Shown here piece after piece: positions 37,546-50,755 of a stretch of 64,000 nt of DNA. The notes beneath the pieces are model-generated. The model made no database searches. It was not told the origin of the DNA and saw only the letters and a program-made list of their open reading frames with translations. How positions within the stretch are numbered: the first letter of the stretch is position 1; each line of letters opens with the position of its first letter. The DNA comes from Penicillus capitatus (Eukaryota > Plantae > Chlorophyta): positions 1,456,477 through 1,520,476 of the forward strand of contig OZ287699.1 of assembly GCA_965649825.1 (NCBI GenBank), given 5' to 3'. Both the position numbers and the translations under genes were made by a program.

Positions 37546-39351
37546 TCACTCGTTTCGCGTTAGGGCGGTAGAATACTCTTCGACAGATATGTGTCCATCA
37601 CCATCCAGATCCATGGATGTAATTTCAGTATCCAAGTCATGAGTCGTGAGTTGTGCGCGAATGTCTTCACTCACCTCAGTCATTAGGAAATGCCGAAGAT
37701 CTTCGTTGCGCACAAGTCCCTTCCCCGATTTATCAACTTGCATGAATGATTGCCTAGCTAGATCAATCTGACATTCTCGTTCCAATGCCATACACGTCGC
37801 TGCGATGAACTCTGTGAGATCGATTTCTCCTGATTGGTTCACATCGAGGGCTGCGAAGATGACTGCCAGTTCCTCATCTCCCAAGGTTGGCTTCACCTAG
37901 AGAGATGTGCATCTGTTGTGGTGACAGCATCTTTTTAACACGCACGCACTTTTGAGAACGCCGTCTTGAGTTCGAAGAGATCCACTGTCCCATTTTTGTT
38001 AAGATCGATCTTTTGGAACTGGAATCGCTGCTTTGCAATGTGCTCCTCGGGGACAGACCTTGCAATTTGTTCCCAAAGGACTCGGATCAGCATTGATCTT
38101 TGAGAAAAGGCCTTGAGCAGTTCAACAGTGTCATTGTCGAGTGCGAATCCGGATTTCGATGAAAAAGACAGATCGGACAACCAAATATGTCGCAATGCTT
38201 CCTTTGCGGTTGGTCTGCTTTCCACAGAGGGGGTGAGTAGATGCCTAATAAAATCCTTGGCTTCGTCCGATACGTCATCCCAGATTGGTTTATTGAAGCA
38301 GACGGTTGGATGTCGTCGTAATCGGCACAAGACAGCTTCCTTGTTCTTGTACGGAAATGGTGGATGACCACTCAACATAAAATACAGCAAGACACCGGCC
38401 GACCACACATCGGTTTTTTGTCCACACCACTTATTCGCCATTTCCGGAGAGCAATAATTGGTTGTTCCGAAAACATTCCTCAGCGATTCGTGAGGTCGAC
38501 AGAACACACTCATTCCAAAATCAAGAACCTTGGGTTCTTGATCATCATCGGAGAACACGATATTCTCTGGCTTGAGATCGGCATGGACAAGGCCAATGGA
38601 ATGGCAATGGGATAGAAAATCCATGATGGCTTTCATGATCGTCGCAGCTTCTCTCTCAGTAAATGCTCCCTTCTGTCTCTTGACGATGTGCTCGAAGAGT
38701 TCCCCTCCCGAGTAGTAATCCATGATCAGATGGAATGTCTTCTCGTCTTCAAACACTTCAACGAGCCGTGGAGCGTTGGGGTGTGTATCGACCATTCGCA
38801 TTGCTGCCACTTCGTGTAGGACACGAAGACGAAATGCGTTTTTGCTTTGAAAGTCAGCAGCAAACTTAGACTTTGGCATTATTTTTGCTGCAAATGTTTC
38901 GCCCGTGCTCTTGTCGCGCACAAGCGCCACCGTGCACGTCGCTCCATAAGATACTGTATTGACGACCTCGTAGGCATCGCCAAACCGCCTTCCTCGATTT
39001 TTTTCGAAGAGTTTCCTCGCAAACCGTATGGCTGAAGCCTTCACACAGCACAGTTCATTTACATGGTGACACCAAGACACAAGCAACGCACCTGTATTTC
39101 GCACCCCGACGTCGTTTCATCCCACTGTTTTGAAACACACGTCTGGAAGGCCTCTGAAAGGGTGCATCTGTTCCGAGAGCAAAAGATGCCCATGAAAAGC
39201 AGTTGCAGTACGCTCGCTCTGTCAACCACACAATGACTGCTTTGTTTAGTCCTTTCTTATTATGAAACAATGCCTTTAAGCAATGTGCTTGAGATTCGTA
39301 TCGCAAATGAGTTGGCGATTCTGTTGTCGATTGCGGTTCTATGTCTGCCAT
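37546..39351 (-). CDS. CDPK: Calcium-dependent protein kinase (kinase plus four EF-hands)
   Basis: AAKIMPK, HLIMDYYSGGELFEHI, HADLKPEN, DFG, YCSPE, DVWSAGV. EF loops DLNKNGTVDLFE, DVNQSGEIDLTE, DKSGKGLVRNED, DLDGDGHISVEE. Start uncertain. Confidence 0.92.
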
Positions 39352-39477
39352 TCTGATGTGACGGACAGGCAGGTAACTTAATGAAAATGCAGCCGCCACC
39401 AATCATGTCGCATTCCCTGCACCGTCGCACCGTCGTCGATTCCATCTGCGGCTCGGTGTCGTTCGGTTCTGAGCACG

Positions 39478-40356
39478 ATGTCTGACGATCTCAACTGGGA
39501 CGACGATGATTTTGAGGTGCAGTATCAAGCGTCTTACCACCTCTCCGCATTGAGTATGCTTAGGCCACAGACTTGGTCACGATAGGACAGCAGAAGGTCG
39601 CTAAAGAAATGCACCAAAAATTTGAAGGGGAGGATGAAGAGGAGGCGTCGAAGAAGCCTGTGTCAAAGACTGCGCCTCCACAGAAACCAGTAGCTCCATT
39701 CTTATTGCATCAATGCGAAGACGATGCATCGAATTTGTGCATTCTAGGCAAAAGAGCCATCGAAGTACGCCGATAGAGGAGCAGTGATACCAGTAGAGGA
39801 GCCTCTGGACGACCCAGTTGCAGAGAAACTGCGACAACAGAGGTCTCACCGTGAGTTACAGGGAAGAGCGTGTCAATGTTCTGCTGTCTGTTTTCTTAGA
39901 CGTCAAGAGGAAGCCGATTTCCGGCACACCGTTGATATGTTCGGCGGCGGCGACAGTGCAAGGAAACTAGAAGGCTTTGTCCCTGTCTCTGCCAGTGATT
40001 TCGAAGAATATGCTCGACTAGTGGTCTTCAAACATTTGACGCCGCACAGGCTGAGCACTCACTACAAAGCACTGCTGAAACATATTCTCAAGGAAGTCGC
40101 ATCTTCACTGTCTTCCGGAGAAGTCAAAGACTTAGAAAATTGCTTAAGTGGTGTCAGATTCGAGAAACAGCGGCTGGAGAAGATCGAGAAAGAAAATGCC
40201 TCCAAGAAAGGTAAGCTGGTTAGGAATGGGCTGAAGCGTGATTTCTGACTCTGGATAGGCAAAAAAGCATCGTTAAAGTTCGAGAAGCCGTCCATGTCAG
40301 CAGGATTGGATGAGAGTCTGTATGACGTCGATGATGATGACGACGATTTCATGTAG
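39478..40356 (+). CDS. EIF3J: Translation initiation factor 3 subunit J
   Basis: MSDDLNWDDDDFE, LDDPVAEKLRQQR..EEADF, acidic end YDVDDDDDDFM*. Confidence 0.92.
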
Positions 40357-40420
40357 ACAGTTACTGTTAAGAGATATCTGCTTCCTGAATGCACTCAGGA
40401 ATCTCCCTCACCCGCTTCAC

Positions 40421-41122
40421 TCAATGAAGCGACGACGAGACAACGAAAACGATTGCCAGCAGAACAGAGATTCCGATCGCCACAGGCTACGAGAATCAGA
40501 ATCCACTCAGAGCATGCCGTGGCTGATGCTCCTCACCGGATAAACCGTTACCACTATGTCATCGGCTCTAGGGACTGCATTGTATGGCACTCTCTAACGA
40601 CAAAAAGCTCCATAGCGATCAAGCTGGAGTGGAGAACGCACGATGATGGTTTTGTTCACTGGGGGAGGTGCTGGTTCCTCTCCGTTGTCATTCGCTACGG
40701 GACGTGATCGCTTCTTCATAGCATTGAGACGCCGCTCAAATTCCATATCTTCCAACATCCGTTGTCTTTCTTGTTCTCTAGATGATCACGGAGCGATCTG
40801 GTACAGAGACTTAAAAATTTGGCGGCTACGCCTCTTCGCTCGTGCGCGACCGGGATGGCCATGGTATGTTCATTCGGTTGGCAGTTTTTCCTTTCGACTT
40901 GATCCGCCTGCTCTTACGCACAGAAGGAGAACTGACGTCATTTGTGGAGTTTGGCTACGGGCAACATAGACACAACAGAAAATCCCCTTCCCGAATCGAG
41001 TTTCTCGGTCGTCGCACTTGGCGTCGAAGATCGTCGAATCCCTTGTTCGAACACGCTCTGCAGGGCCAAACACGTCTATGCCGCGCAGCGCCACCTTCAA
41101 TATAGCCCGTGAACGCACTCAT
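40421..41122 (-). CDS. Hypothetical ~160-aa protein, probable plastid transit peptide plus C-terminal TM anchor
   Basis: Five short exons joined by four GT-AG introns in consistent phase: MSAFTGYIEGGAARHRRVWPCRACSNKGF..DMEFERRLNAMKKRS..TVYPPVAIGISVLLAIVFVVSSSLH*. Not shown as a whole by the ORF track. Confidence 0.6.
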
Positions 41123-41151
41123 GTCGACGAGACTTTTGGTTATATGCTCAT

Positions 41152-44100
41152 TTACACGGTTTGTACTGAGACGAAGTCATCAGCAGAAAGTGCCTCTTCA
41201 CAGAAGGGACATTGTTTAGTCTCGGCGATCAGTTTTCTCATTTCCATCCAACGACCTGGACAGTGGCAGTGAGGACATTGGGCGATCTCTCCCGCGACAA
41301 TTCCCTTTCCTGCAATGCACGAAATTCTTCATTGTTAAGAGGGTGAGAGCAAGAGAACGGACCGGTGCCTATGCAGAAAGGCAAATCAGCAGCGCAACGC
41401 GCACAGTTTAATTGCATCTCATCGTTTTCTTCAATTCCGCAGCGAAGACACGGAATTTTAATGGAATCAGGATCCATGGCAGTCCTATCTGGTTTACGGA
41501 CGAGATTTTCAATCTTCCGCTTGTATTCTGGGCATAGAGATGATCTGTATTCGGGACGCACGGCTTGGGCTGCCAAATCAAGGGCAGATTTATGATAGCC
41601 AGCTCGTTGGCATGCAATAACTGCCGATGTCAGAATCGAAGCTGCATGTGCAGGAAAGAGTGAGATGTCTCGGCACACTCGAATTAACAACAAAGCTGCT
41701 GTCGCTTCTGATCCAGATGTACTGTGCAGTCGTGCCAGGATGTAACTGACATTCAACCCGCTGCAGCATTTCTGCGTTTTCGTCGAAGCCTACCTGTGAA
41801 GTCGAATGAGAGCTTCGCGGAAAGCATAGGGAATTGGCAGAGACAGTTTCATGAGTCGGAGATAGGCTTGCGTCATTGCCTTATGAGCCATCCTATACTG
41901 TCCTGCCTCCTGTGCGGGAATCAGAAGTGTCATGCACAACTGGATGGCTGACTTGCTGAACTGTGACGTGTTTCATGAGCGACTCGATGGCCTTCACGGG
42001 TTGCCCCAAAGACACTTGCAAATCAAAGACTGCAAGAATTGCTGCACTATCTGGCAATTGGTGCACTTCTGTAGCAATCCAATTGAGAAACTTCTCAACG
42101 AGATGCTTCTCGTTCGTCAACCGAATCACACTTATGCATTTTTCAACAGTGCTGCTGCCCACTCTCATGTAAGCATCTAATGCCTCTCTGTGGAGTGAAG
42201 CAGATACATAGCAGTCACCGCTGGCTTCAAGCAGTGTCGAATTCTCCAGGCAGCGAGCAAGATGTTCCCAGTGCGGTTTCTCAGTATTCCAGGGCAGATG
42301 ATCCTTCAACTCCATGTGCAGTCCATGCTGATCTGCAAGTGAAAATGCGGTGTCGATATCGCCCGATATGACTGAAAACTCAATGCCTTCCTACCAGCGA
42401 AACACATCAATGCCCACCAAGGCGTTAATGTGACGACAGAGCACTTTGAACAGCGAGTGTTCTATACAATAGTTCAGTAGCAGCTGAGCAGCTTCTCTGT
42501 CTCTGCTTTCACGTATACGTGCAAATGCCACATCTGGCAGATGCTTTTTATGGAGCAGAATTCGAGTAACCCCTGGAACGTTGTCTGCATTGCACGCAAT
42601 GTTGCAGGAATGATCGTCGATGCAAGGATGTACCAATCTGTTCGTAGAGTTTTATCGCCGAGTCGTACTTTTCCAGATCTTCATATTCCCGGCCGATTGC
42701 CAAGAAAACATCTCTGTCACAACACTCGTTTGCCAGTTCAGTCGCTCTTGTCAGATTTCTGCATCGGACATGCAAGAGAGCTGCTTCTTTCTTCAGTCCT
42801 GCTCTCTCGTACTGGACAGCGGCTTCATGATACTGCTTTTTCTCTTCGAAGAGGAAAGCGCATTGCTGAAGGACAGCCGAATCCTCAATGCACTTTAGCA
42901 GGTCCATCGCTTCTCTATATTTGTTGAGACAGATCAACATTCTCGCAGCACCACCATTGCACTTCTCAATAAATTTCAGTTGCTGGTCTGATGCCTCTTT
43001 GAGTCCCAATGATGCATCGTAGGCCTATTAACGGCTATGTTGGGATAAAGATGTGTGTGCATCAGATATGATAACCTGATTGAACTTGTCGAGAGCCTGT
43101 ACATGTCTTTGCTCCTTCTCCAACTGCAGTCCATGTTTAAAGAACAAACGGGGAAGAAGCGAGGGTTCCAGCCTTTCTGCAAGGGTCTCTGCTTCGCTCC
43201 AGTGTTCGAGACGCTCAAGCATCCGTACGGCCTCTATCGGCTGAGAACTCTTCAGTAACAGATCCTGTAGTACAGTTTTATTTTCATCAGTGATTCAGTG
43301 TCGCGTTTATAGTGACTCACTTGTGCGATGTTGTTATCTGTGCCAAGTAAACATGCCAAATGTCCTGCCAAAAGATTACATTCGTCGATATCTTCCAGAT
43401 TGGATAGTGCTTGGACGACGTCTGGTTTACCGATCATTCTGAAAGCTTCAATCGCAAGTCGAGTGTTCATGGTGGACAAACATCCCTTGGCTACAAGCAC
43501 ATCATTTCACGTCGACATCAAAGGACACAGACCGAGATCATCCATCCATGTTGTGTGAGATCGTTTCGATGCTAGCCTCCAGGCGTGTTCCTGCTGACCA
43601 GACTTCAATAGATCATAGAACATGGATTCGATGTGATCAGGGTCTCCTTGATCACGAAGCTGCAGAATCTCGCAGATCTGTTTCTGGCACTCATATGCTT
43701 TGAGATCGAAACCATCCAAACTGCCGTTCTTGTGTCTCACTCGAACGTGACCATGATCCAGTGCAATTGGGCAGTAGGATTTGTGGATCTCGTGTGACGT
43801 CAATGCTGCTGTTTCTTCTCCTGTCATGCATGACGTCCGGACAACGAATGGAGAAATGCATCCGTGTGAAACGACGGCAAAGTGCAGAGAATCGTGCCAA
43901 TCCCACAGAATCTGGTATCGAAGGCTTGAACTTGCAAAAAGATTCCCTATTATTCAGCATTGTCGTACTTTTGGTTGAACTGTGGCTTCCACATGAATAC
44001 TTCTGCACCATTGGTGGACGGGATTCAGAAGGCAGAGCGTTCCGGAGACATCTAGCAGTACGCTACGGACGCCATCATGCTGAAGAAAGACTTCTGTCAC

Positions 44101-46436
44101 TCCAATGTGATGCCTGGAAGAGGATTCTCTATGGACTGGAGGATCGCCACAGCAACTCGTTATCGTTACCGAAATTCGTAGAGAAGTCTGTTGTCTGTAA
44201 CGGAATAGTACATCAGTTGACCAGTACTCGTCCCAGACACCACAAAATGCGGAGATAAATCGAAACAGCATGGAGAGTCTTGCAGATGCGTATCTTGAGT
44301 AAGGTATAACTCGTCGGAAATCACAGATCCCTGAAAGACAGACATATCAAGGGGATCTGAAAATGCTTCAAGGCAGTCAGTGTACATGGAAATGCTGAAC
44401 AATCAGCTGATTTCCAGCCAGCACGACAATACTGGCTCCTCGTATCTTGATGTTCTGGATATTATACGCATACTTGTGACAGCCCAATTCGATTGCTGGG
44501 TTCTGCAATTCTGGATCGTAACGATAGAACCATGCTTGGTTTTGCAGAGTGACTGCAAGATGACCTTGCCCAATGGCACAGCATTCTGGCTCAATCTACA
44601 GTGTTGTTGCCTCCGCATTGCGGGACAGATGTTCTATGAGGAGTGCCTTGGTTTTAAAGGTGGAGGTCCTCGATGCATCTCTGGCATCTGCAATACACAT
44701 CTCCATCATAGAACTCAGATATAGAACGTAATCCATCCAAACATCGTGAACCCAAGCCAGTTGCATCATGAAACTCATAAAACGCCCATTCTTCGTTGAA
44801 ATGGATAAAACCTGCTTGAATGAATACAGGTGCTTTACGTCAAGCAGATCTCGGTTGAACCTGTCCATCTGATGTCCAGTCGATCGAAGACACACGATCG
44901 AAGAGATCGCACTCAACAGTTTCGACCACGACGTTGTCTGTCTCTTGGGAAAGATGAAGAATTTTTACTCTGCTTTCGGAGGCCACTGCTAGCTTTTCGG
45001 ATTTCTTGTGCATCGATATACTGCAAATTGGTTCATCAAAAAGGTCCTCTGACCAAGTCGTTCTGTGGCCACTTTCTGATGTGAAATCCACGAGAAAACA
45101 ATGACCTATCACAATCACTTTCAGGTCTTGATCACTTGGGTTTACGTTCAATGGCCCATACCTGTGTCACTTCCGACAAAGAGTAGCTTATCACTCACCC
45201 ACAGATGGCGTTTGATGTTGCTTCGCTTATCAGCAATTTCTACGACAAGTGGCGGATGTGGAAATGTCAGTTGTCCAGTTGATGGATGGGAAGAAATCTA
45301 TTCCGATGCGATGCCTGTATTAGAACCATGCTACTTCATGCGGAATGATTACCTTAAGAAGCTGAACACCTTGGCCTTCAATCATCATGGACAGGGACTT
45401 GACCTGCAGCAACAACACGCTCAGTGCGTGTCTCTTTCGATTTGTTTTCAATGCTATAGAGATGATAAGTGCAATAGATGACGTACTCTCTTTGGCGAAG
45501 AACGGCAAGTAGTTTCAGTTGGTGTCTTCTTTAGTCGAATCTCCGCGATGATCTTTTCTTGTGTGATGTCACACAGACCGATCTGAGAAACTGGATCTTC
45601 GTCAAAGATCTGGAATCGGTCGCTCACTCTTTTGTCCTCCCAGTGAATGGCAAAGTGTTGCTTGTTGACGCAGATGATGTCGACAACCGCTTTGCTATTG
45701 TGTGTTCTCTCCACTAGAGTTTTTCGTTTTTCCAAGTCCTTATAGAGAACGATTTCGCCTTTTGTTGTGCCGATTAAAAGAACAGGACTTTCCGGAGCCC
45801 ATAGAATAACAGAGACATCTCCCAACTGAGCAAACAAGGAGTTTGTTTTGGGACGGGAATGGAGAAATGAAACCTTAGAGTCCAAGTGCAATGGTCTCAA
45901 TTCCGAAGAGCTGAATCGCCAAAGGAGGAGTTGACATGGCCGCCGTTGCAAGATGGCCAAGTGCTCGCCAAGAGCATCCCACTGAAAAGCATAGCCCATC
46001 ATCATGAATGCAGATAACATTCGTTGAAGGACACCGACCTGCAATTGCTTACAGCAGCATTGTCGATTTTCAGGCAAAGGACACTTGAGCGGGATGTCAG
46101 ATTGTAGAGCGCCTCCACGATCCAGAATTTGGACATGCATCTGTGTGCATAGAGTCTTTCAACAAAAGATGAACAATGACAGCATGTCAATAGCCACCTG
46201 ATTGCCGATTACAGCCACAGCATTTCCACGCGGTGTCCATGCAAATATTACAGGCCCATGTCCCAATACTTCAGCATCGATCTCACAGAATCGCCTCTAG
46301 ACATGATACATGGAAGATTAGACATTCCACAAAAGCACATCCTCATTCGCATATCCATTCCAACAGAGTCAAAGAAGAAACAGACAAGACTGTCGGACAG
46401 CAGTACCACGTGGCGCTTTCTTTCCAGCTTCATCAT
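41152..46436 (-). CDS. IFT144: Intraflagellar transport protein 144 / WDR19 (IFT-A)
   Basis: GPVIFAWTPRGNAVAV, WDALGEHLAI, LLIGTTKGEIVLY, TPR-like middle, HASILTSAVIACQRAG, RPEYR..KRKIENLVRKPD, C-terminal LPFCIGTGKGI..CPHC..CPFC. First clear exon starts at 46296; the upstream ATG (46433/46436) is tentative. Confidence 0.92.
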
Positions 46437-46497
46437 CGTCAGATTGACACTTGACAGCAAGTGTGCGGTGCGATAATCAAGGACTAAAATTAACGCC

Positions 46498-47824
46498 ATG
46501 CGTTTCCTGCCACGTATTTTGAGTTTGATTAGCATCCACCGATATCCACAGTTTCGTCTTTCATCGCGGCGTTCTTTCATTCTCTTCGCAGAAGCTCACG
46601 TTCGGCATTTCGTGAACGTTCGAGGAATCAAGACACTGCGTCGTCCCGTTGACGGCACCCGGATTCAAACAACCGCAAGTGTCATCACAACAACCGCATT
46701 CATTGACGGCTGTCGTAACGTGGCTCGCGTTTCTCTTCATTTTTCGAGAAGAACGACTAAAGTACAGGAAGTTCCAACGACTAACTGTCCAACACTCCGC
46801 GACGGTCCTGCCTTGTTGTAGACATTATGAACGATTTGCTGCAGCTGAGAACAGACATGAAGGAACGCTATTCATGTCTTGTGCAAAGCCGTAAAGCTCT
46901 GCGCGATCTCGAGGAAGTCGTGTGCAGCCTCTCGACGATCTTGGAATCGAACGCGAGTCGACTCATCCGACCAGACAATGTATATTGGAAAGTCCTGTCC
47001 AATGCAGTAGCTGGGGCAGTAGAACATTCAAAGTTCCAGTTTCTACGCAAGTGATGGTCATTGGTGGCGAGCATTGTTGTCACAGGGCTCTCTTGAACGA
47101 GGCCGCTGAGATTGCGGCTTACAATCCAGTTGTTCGTTTTGCATTTTTTTGGTGTCTTTCGATTGGATTGAATGACGACATCAATGAAGTCCGACACATT
47201 TTTCTCTGCATTAAGAAAGGTAGGTGTCTCTCATATCTCTGCATCGACGTGAATCTAAAAGTGTTTTGGATGTGTGACAGTTGTTAAAATGTCGGAAGAT
47301 CGAAATCAGCTTCATGAAAAAGTGAAAGCTCTGAGAAAAGTAAACACGTTGTCGTTTGGCAATGGATCTGCAAGTCTTCAACGAAATTTAAGCAACATTA
47401 TGGAAGAGACCATTCCGGTTGCATAGTAAAGATGGAAAACACTTACTCGTTTGTATGCTATCCTTGTTGTGAGAGTGCAAGAACAGTAGTGACGTTTGTC
47501 AATGTCGACATCATATTCATCTTTAAAACCCGGAAGATGTGTTTTTTTCTAAAGATCAGATTGAGGACCCGACAAATTGTCTGGCATCTTTATATCTGAG
47601 AACCTATTCCAGAATCAGTATGCCAACTGTTGTCCATTCCATGTCATTTTGGTACGTTATGTTCAATCGACTCTATTTTTCATGTTTCCTGTCTGCGGTC
47701 TGTCCCTATTGCATGCTTCACTTTCTCTCTACTTATGGGCTGTCTTCAAGACTGCAGGCTGATGTTATGTGACAATCCTGATGAGCAACTGAACGCATTT
47801 CACACCGTCGATGTAGTTGTTTGA
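46498..47824 (+). CDS. Hypothetical multi-exon helical protein (structure unresolved)
   Basis: Coding-like segments MNDLLQLRTDMKERY..FLRK|ALLNEAAEIAAYNP, LNDDINEVRHIFLCIKK|VVKMSEDRNQLHEKVKALRK with plausible splice sites. Both ends uncertain. Confidence 0.4.
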
Positions 47825-47932
47825 TACACTCTTTAACACAATAAACAAGCATGTTTATTTCCATTCAAAATGAAGCTGTCTTCAAATATCACAACGTAGG
47901 AGCTCTGATTGAGAATACCACGATCGTTGACA

Positions 47933-49180
47933 TCAGACTACCTCATCCTCGTCGTTCATTGCATCGTTCAACATGTCGTCGACTTCCTTCAGATCTTCAT
48001 CTCTTGTGCCGGCCTTTTTGATTAGTTCTCGAATCTCTTCGACCGTCTGAGATGACTCGGCGTCTTGGCTCTCTGGGGCCTCTCTTGGAGCAGACTTTGT
48101 GAACCAGCGATGGGCCTTAATCTCTGGAATGGTGATGCGTTCACTGGCAGTCTTAACGAAGATTCTCGAAATCAAATCCATGCAATCCCTTGAAATTCTC
48201 AACGAAGCAGGGAATGTGTATCGGACCGCCATGATGCGCTAGAAATGAATTCTCACTCTTTGGCATGTGCAAAGAAGGTGTCTCACGTGAATTGTTTTTC
48301 TAAAATTCCTGGGTTCTGCTGGATCTTCAAAAGGGTACGCTCCGACCAACATGACATAAAGAGTGACCCCACACGACCACACGTCTGCCACTTTTCCATC
48401 ATACTTCTTTCTCTGCAAAACTTCAGGAGCGATGTAAGCTGGGGTACCGACGGTCGACTTTGGCTGCGAATCCAGCACTGTTGACTACAACCATTTCACA
48501 GTTATGACACAAGAACAGCCTCTTGCTTCCTTACCTTTGAATAGCCAAAATCGCAAATCTTTAACAACGGCTTCGGAGATCCGTCCAGAAGCGTGTTTTC
48601 TAATTTTAAATCTCGATGCACCACTCCCTGTCACGCAGCAACAACAATCATGACGAGACACGGGCTTCTATCTATGGATCTCGCACAGATGTGTGGCAAT
48701 ACTCAATTCCATTGACCAACTGTTGAAAGTAGTATCGGGCTTCATCCTCGGAAAATCTACCTGCCTTTACAATGCGATCGAACAGCTCTCCCCCTGCCGC
48801 ATACTCCATCACAATGGCCAAGTACTTTGGCGTCAGAAACACCTATTCCAATACAAGAACATCACTCGATGTGCTCACAAGATGACATGGACTGTCGACT
48901 TCATTGAATTTAATGATGTTTGGATGAACCAGCATTCTGTGGTTGATGATCTCTCGTTCGACATTTCTGTCGATCTTGGAACCTCGTTCGATGAACTTGA
49001 TTGCAACCAGAGCGCCGGTTTCCTTGTTGCGGCTCAAACGAGCTGTTCCAAAATTACCAGAGCCCAAATCTTTAATCTAAAAAACAACGCCGCAAAGTGG
49101 ACATGTGCACAAAGAGAAAGGCTTTTCGATGAATCGCCTGCACGTACATGCTCATACTTCTCGTTGCTGAAATCCGCCAT
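47933..49180 (-). CDS. SnRK2: SnRK2-family Ser/Thr kinase
   Basis: YEH|[95 protein letters not shown]. Short acidic tail. Confidence 0.96.
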
Positions 49181-49614
49181 TTCCCGTCAACCTTTGACTG
49201 CTGAGCTGATGCGTTTGCGAACTATACGCAGAAACAAACGTCAGGTGTCGTTCGAACAATTGCGAACCAGAGGAACTCAAAGGGAGGGCGATAAAAGAGA
49301 AAAGCGTCAGCGTAAATCTTCCCGTGGATAACGTGAAGACTCCGAGTTGCGGTATCGCGACGAATGGAATGGACAAAACAGCGATGACTGTTTCAACATG
49401 TATGAACGATATCTCACGGCGAAATGGTTACCTGTGCAGTGCGAGGCCGATTTAGCTCAGAAACGGCACTAGCAGAACGATTGCGTTTTCAGATGAAAAA
49501 CGAGGGAGGCGAATGCTCGACGTTGCAAATCAAGGGTCGCGTCATTTCATGACAACTGCTCTCTGCGATTGACCATGTCACATAATATACGCGTTTGAGT
49601 TGGGGTCATCATTA

Positions 49615-50533
49615 TTATCCATGGAAAACACTTTTGAAAACAGTGATATTGGATCCGCCTTCCCTTTCGTAAACAGCAAACACCACTTTCTTGAAGTATC
49701 CTTGGAATTCGCCATACAGCCATTCTTTGAAGTGGGCGGCAACCATATTGGCATCATTCATGAATGCACCGCAGCCAAACGCACCGAGTACCACTGCATC
49801 ATGTCTGTGATTGGCCATTGCCGTCAGAATGCGGCGAATGCGTTCTTTCATCGTTGTCGAGATCTCATGCTGTTTACCAGAGAAATGAGCGAACGCCGCT
49901 TGAGGTGCCGGACAGGTCACAATCGAGATAGGGTATGTCGTACCCTCACCTACCACAATGCAGATGCACAGGATGCAAGAGATAGAGAGTAACGAGTTAC
50001 GTAGTCTCTTTTCTTTCGTCAGATCGCGGAAGACGGGAACATCTGGGGAGTAGAGGAGGTCATGCAAGTAGAGGGAATGCGAGTTTGTGTGTTCCAGATT
50101 CCGAGTGTAGTATGGCTGATCCTTGATGCACCAGAATAGACCGGTGCATCGAGCGAGTCTCTCTTCCTGCGTCGTGACGCCTTGCAGAAAAAGGCCACCT
50201 GGTTCAAAAGCATCTGCAAAATTCAGAACACATGGCTGTCCATATCCTTCGTCGATCAAGCTACAACAACGACTGTCTCTGGATGGCGGAAACACGTGTC
50301 CGACAGCACCGTTTTGCAGCGAAGAGGGTGTCTTCCCGCGTCACCTCTATCGTCGTTTGGTGCAATTCCTGTTGAGATCGCTGTACCAATGACAACGTGT
50401 CTTCTTCCTTGTAATGCTTTGTGTTTTCCCTTGCGGCAGTGAGGAGCTGACCCAATTGAGTTTTGGCGGAGACACTTTCTGTCATAAAATTTACAGTGTC
50501 CTTTGCTATGAGAGCCAGAGAAGGCGATGCCAT
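49615..50533 (-). CDS. Microbial-type poly(ADP-ribose) glycohydrolase-like macrodomain protein (TIGR02452/DUF2263-like)
   Basis: VLNFADAFEPGGLFLQGVTTQEERLARCTGL, LYSPDVPVFRD, IVTCPAP, VVLGAFGCGAFMND, FKKVVFAV. Three exons, including in-frame intron 49950-50000. Confidence 0.88.
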
Positions 50534-50755
50534 ATTTCCGTGTACTATCGAATGGACAGCAATGACTGACAACTGAAAACGCTCGTTTCTTTGAGAGATG
50601 TTTACAGTTTACGCCAACACGTTCATATTCATTCGAAATTCGTTTCGGTACCGATGACGCGAAGGTGTGAGAGGTGGACGCGCGTTCGAAGTCCCATCAT
50701 TTCGGTTCTTGGCACAGGTGTACGATTGGTTTCTCTTCAACTGCGCTGGGTCGCA

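Noticed and set aside
48693-49331. 212-aa plus-strand ORF
   Set aside because: It is antisense to the conserved SnRK2 exons, starts with GTG and has no recognisable motifs; a shadow ORF.
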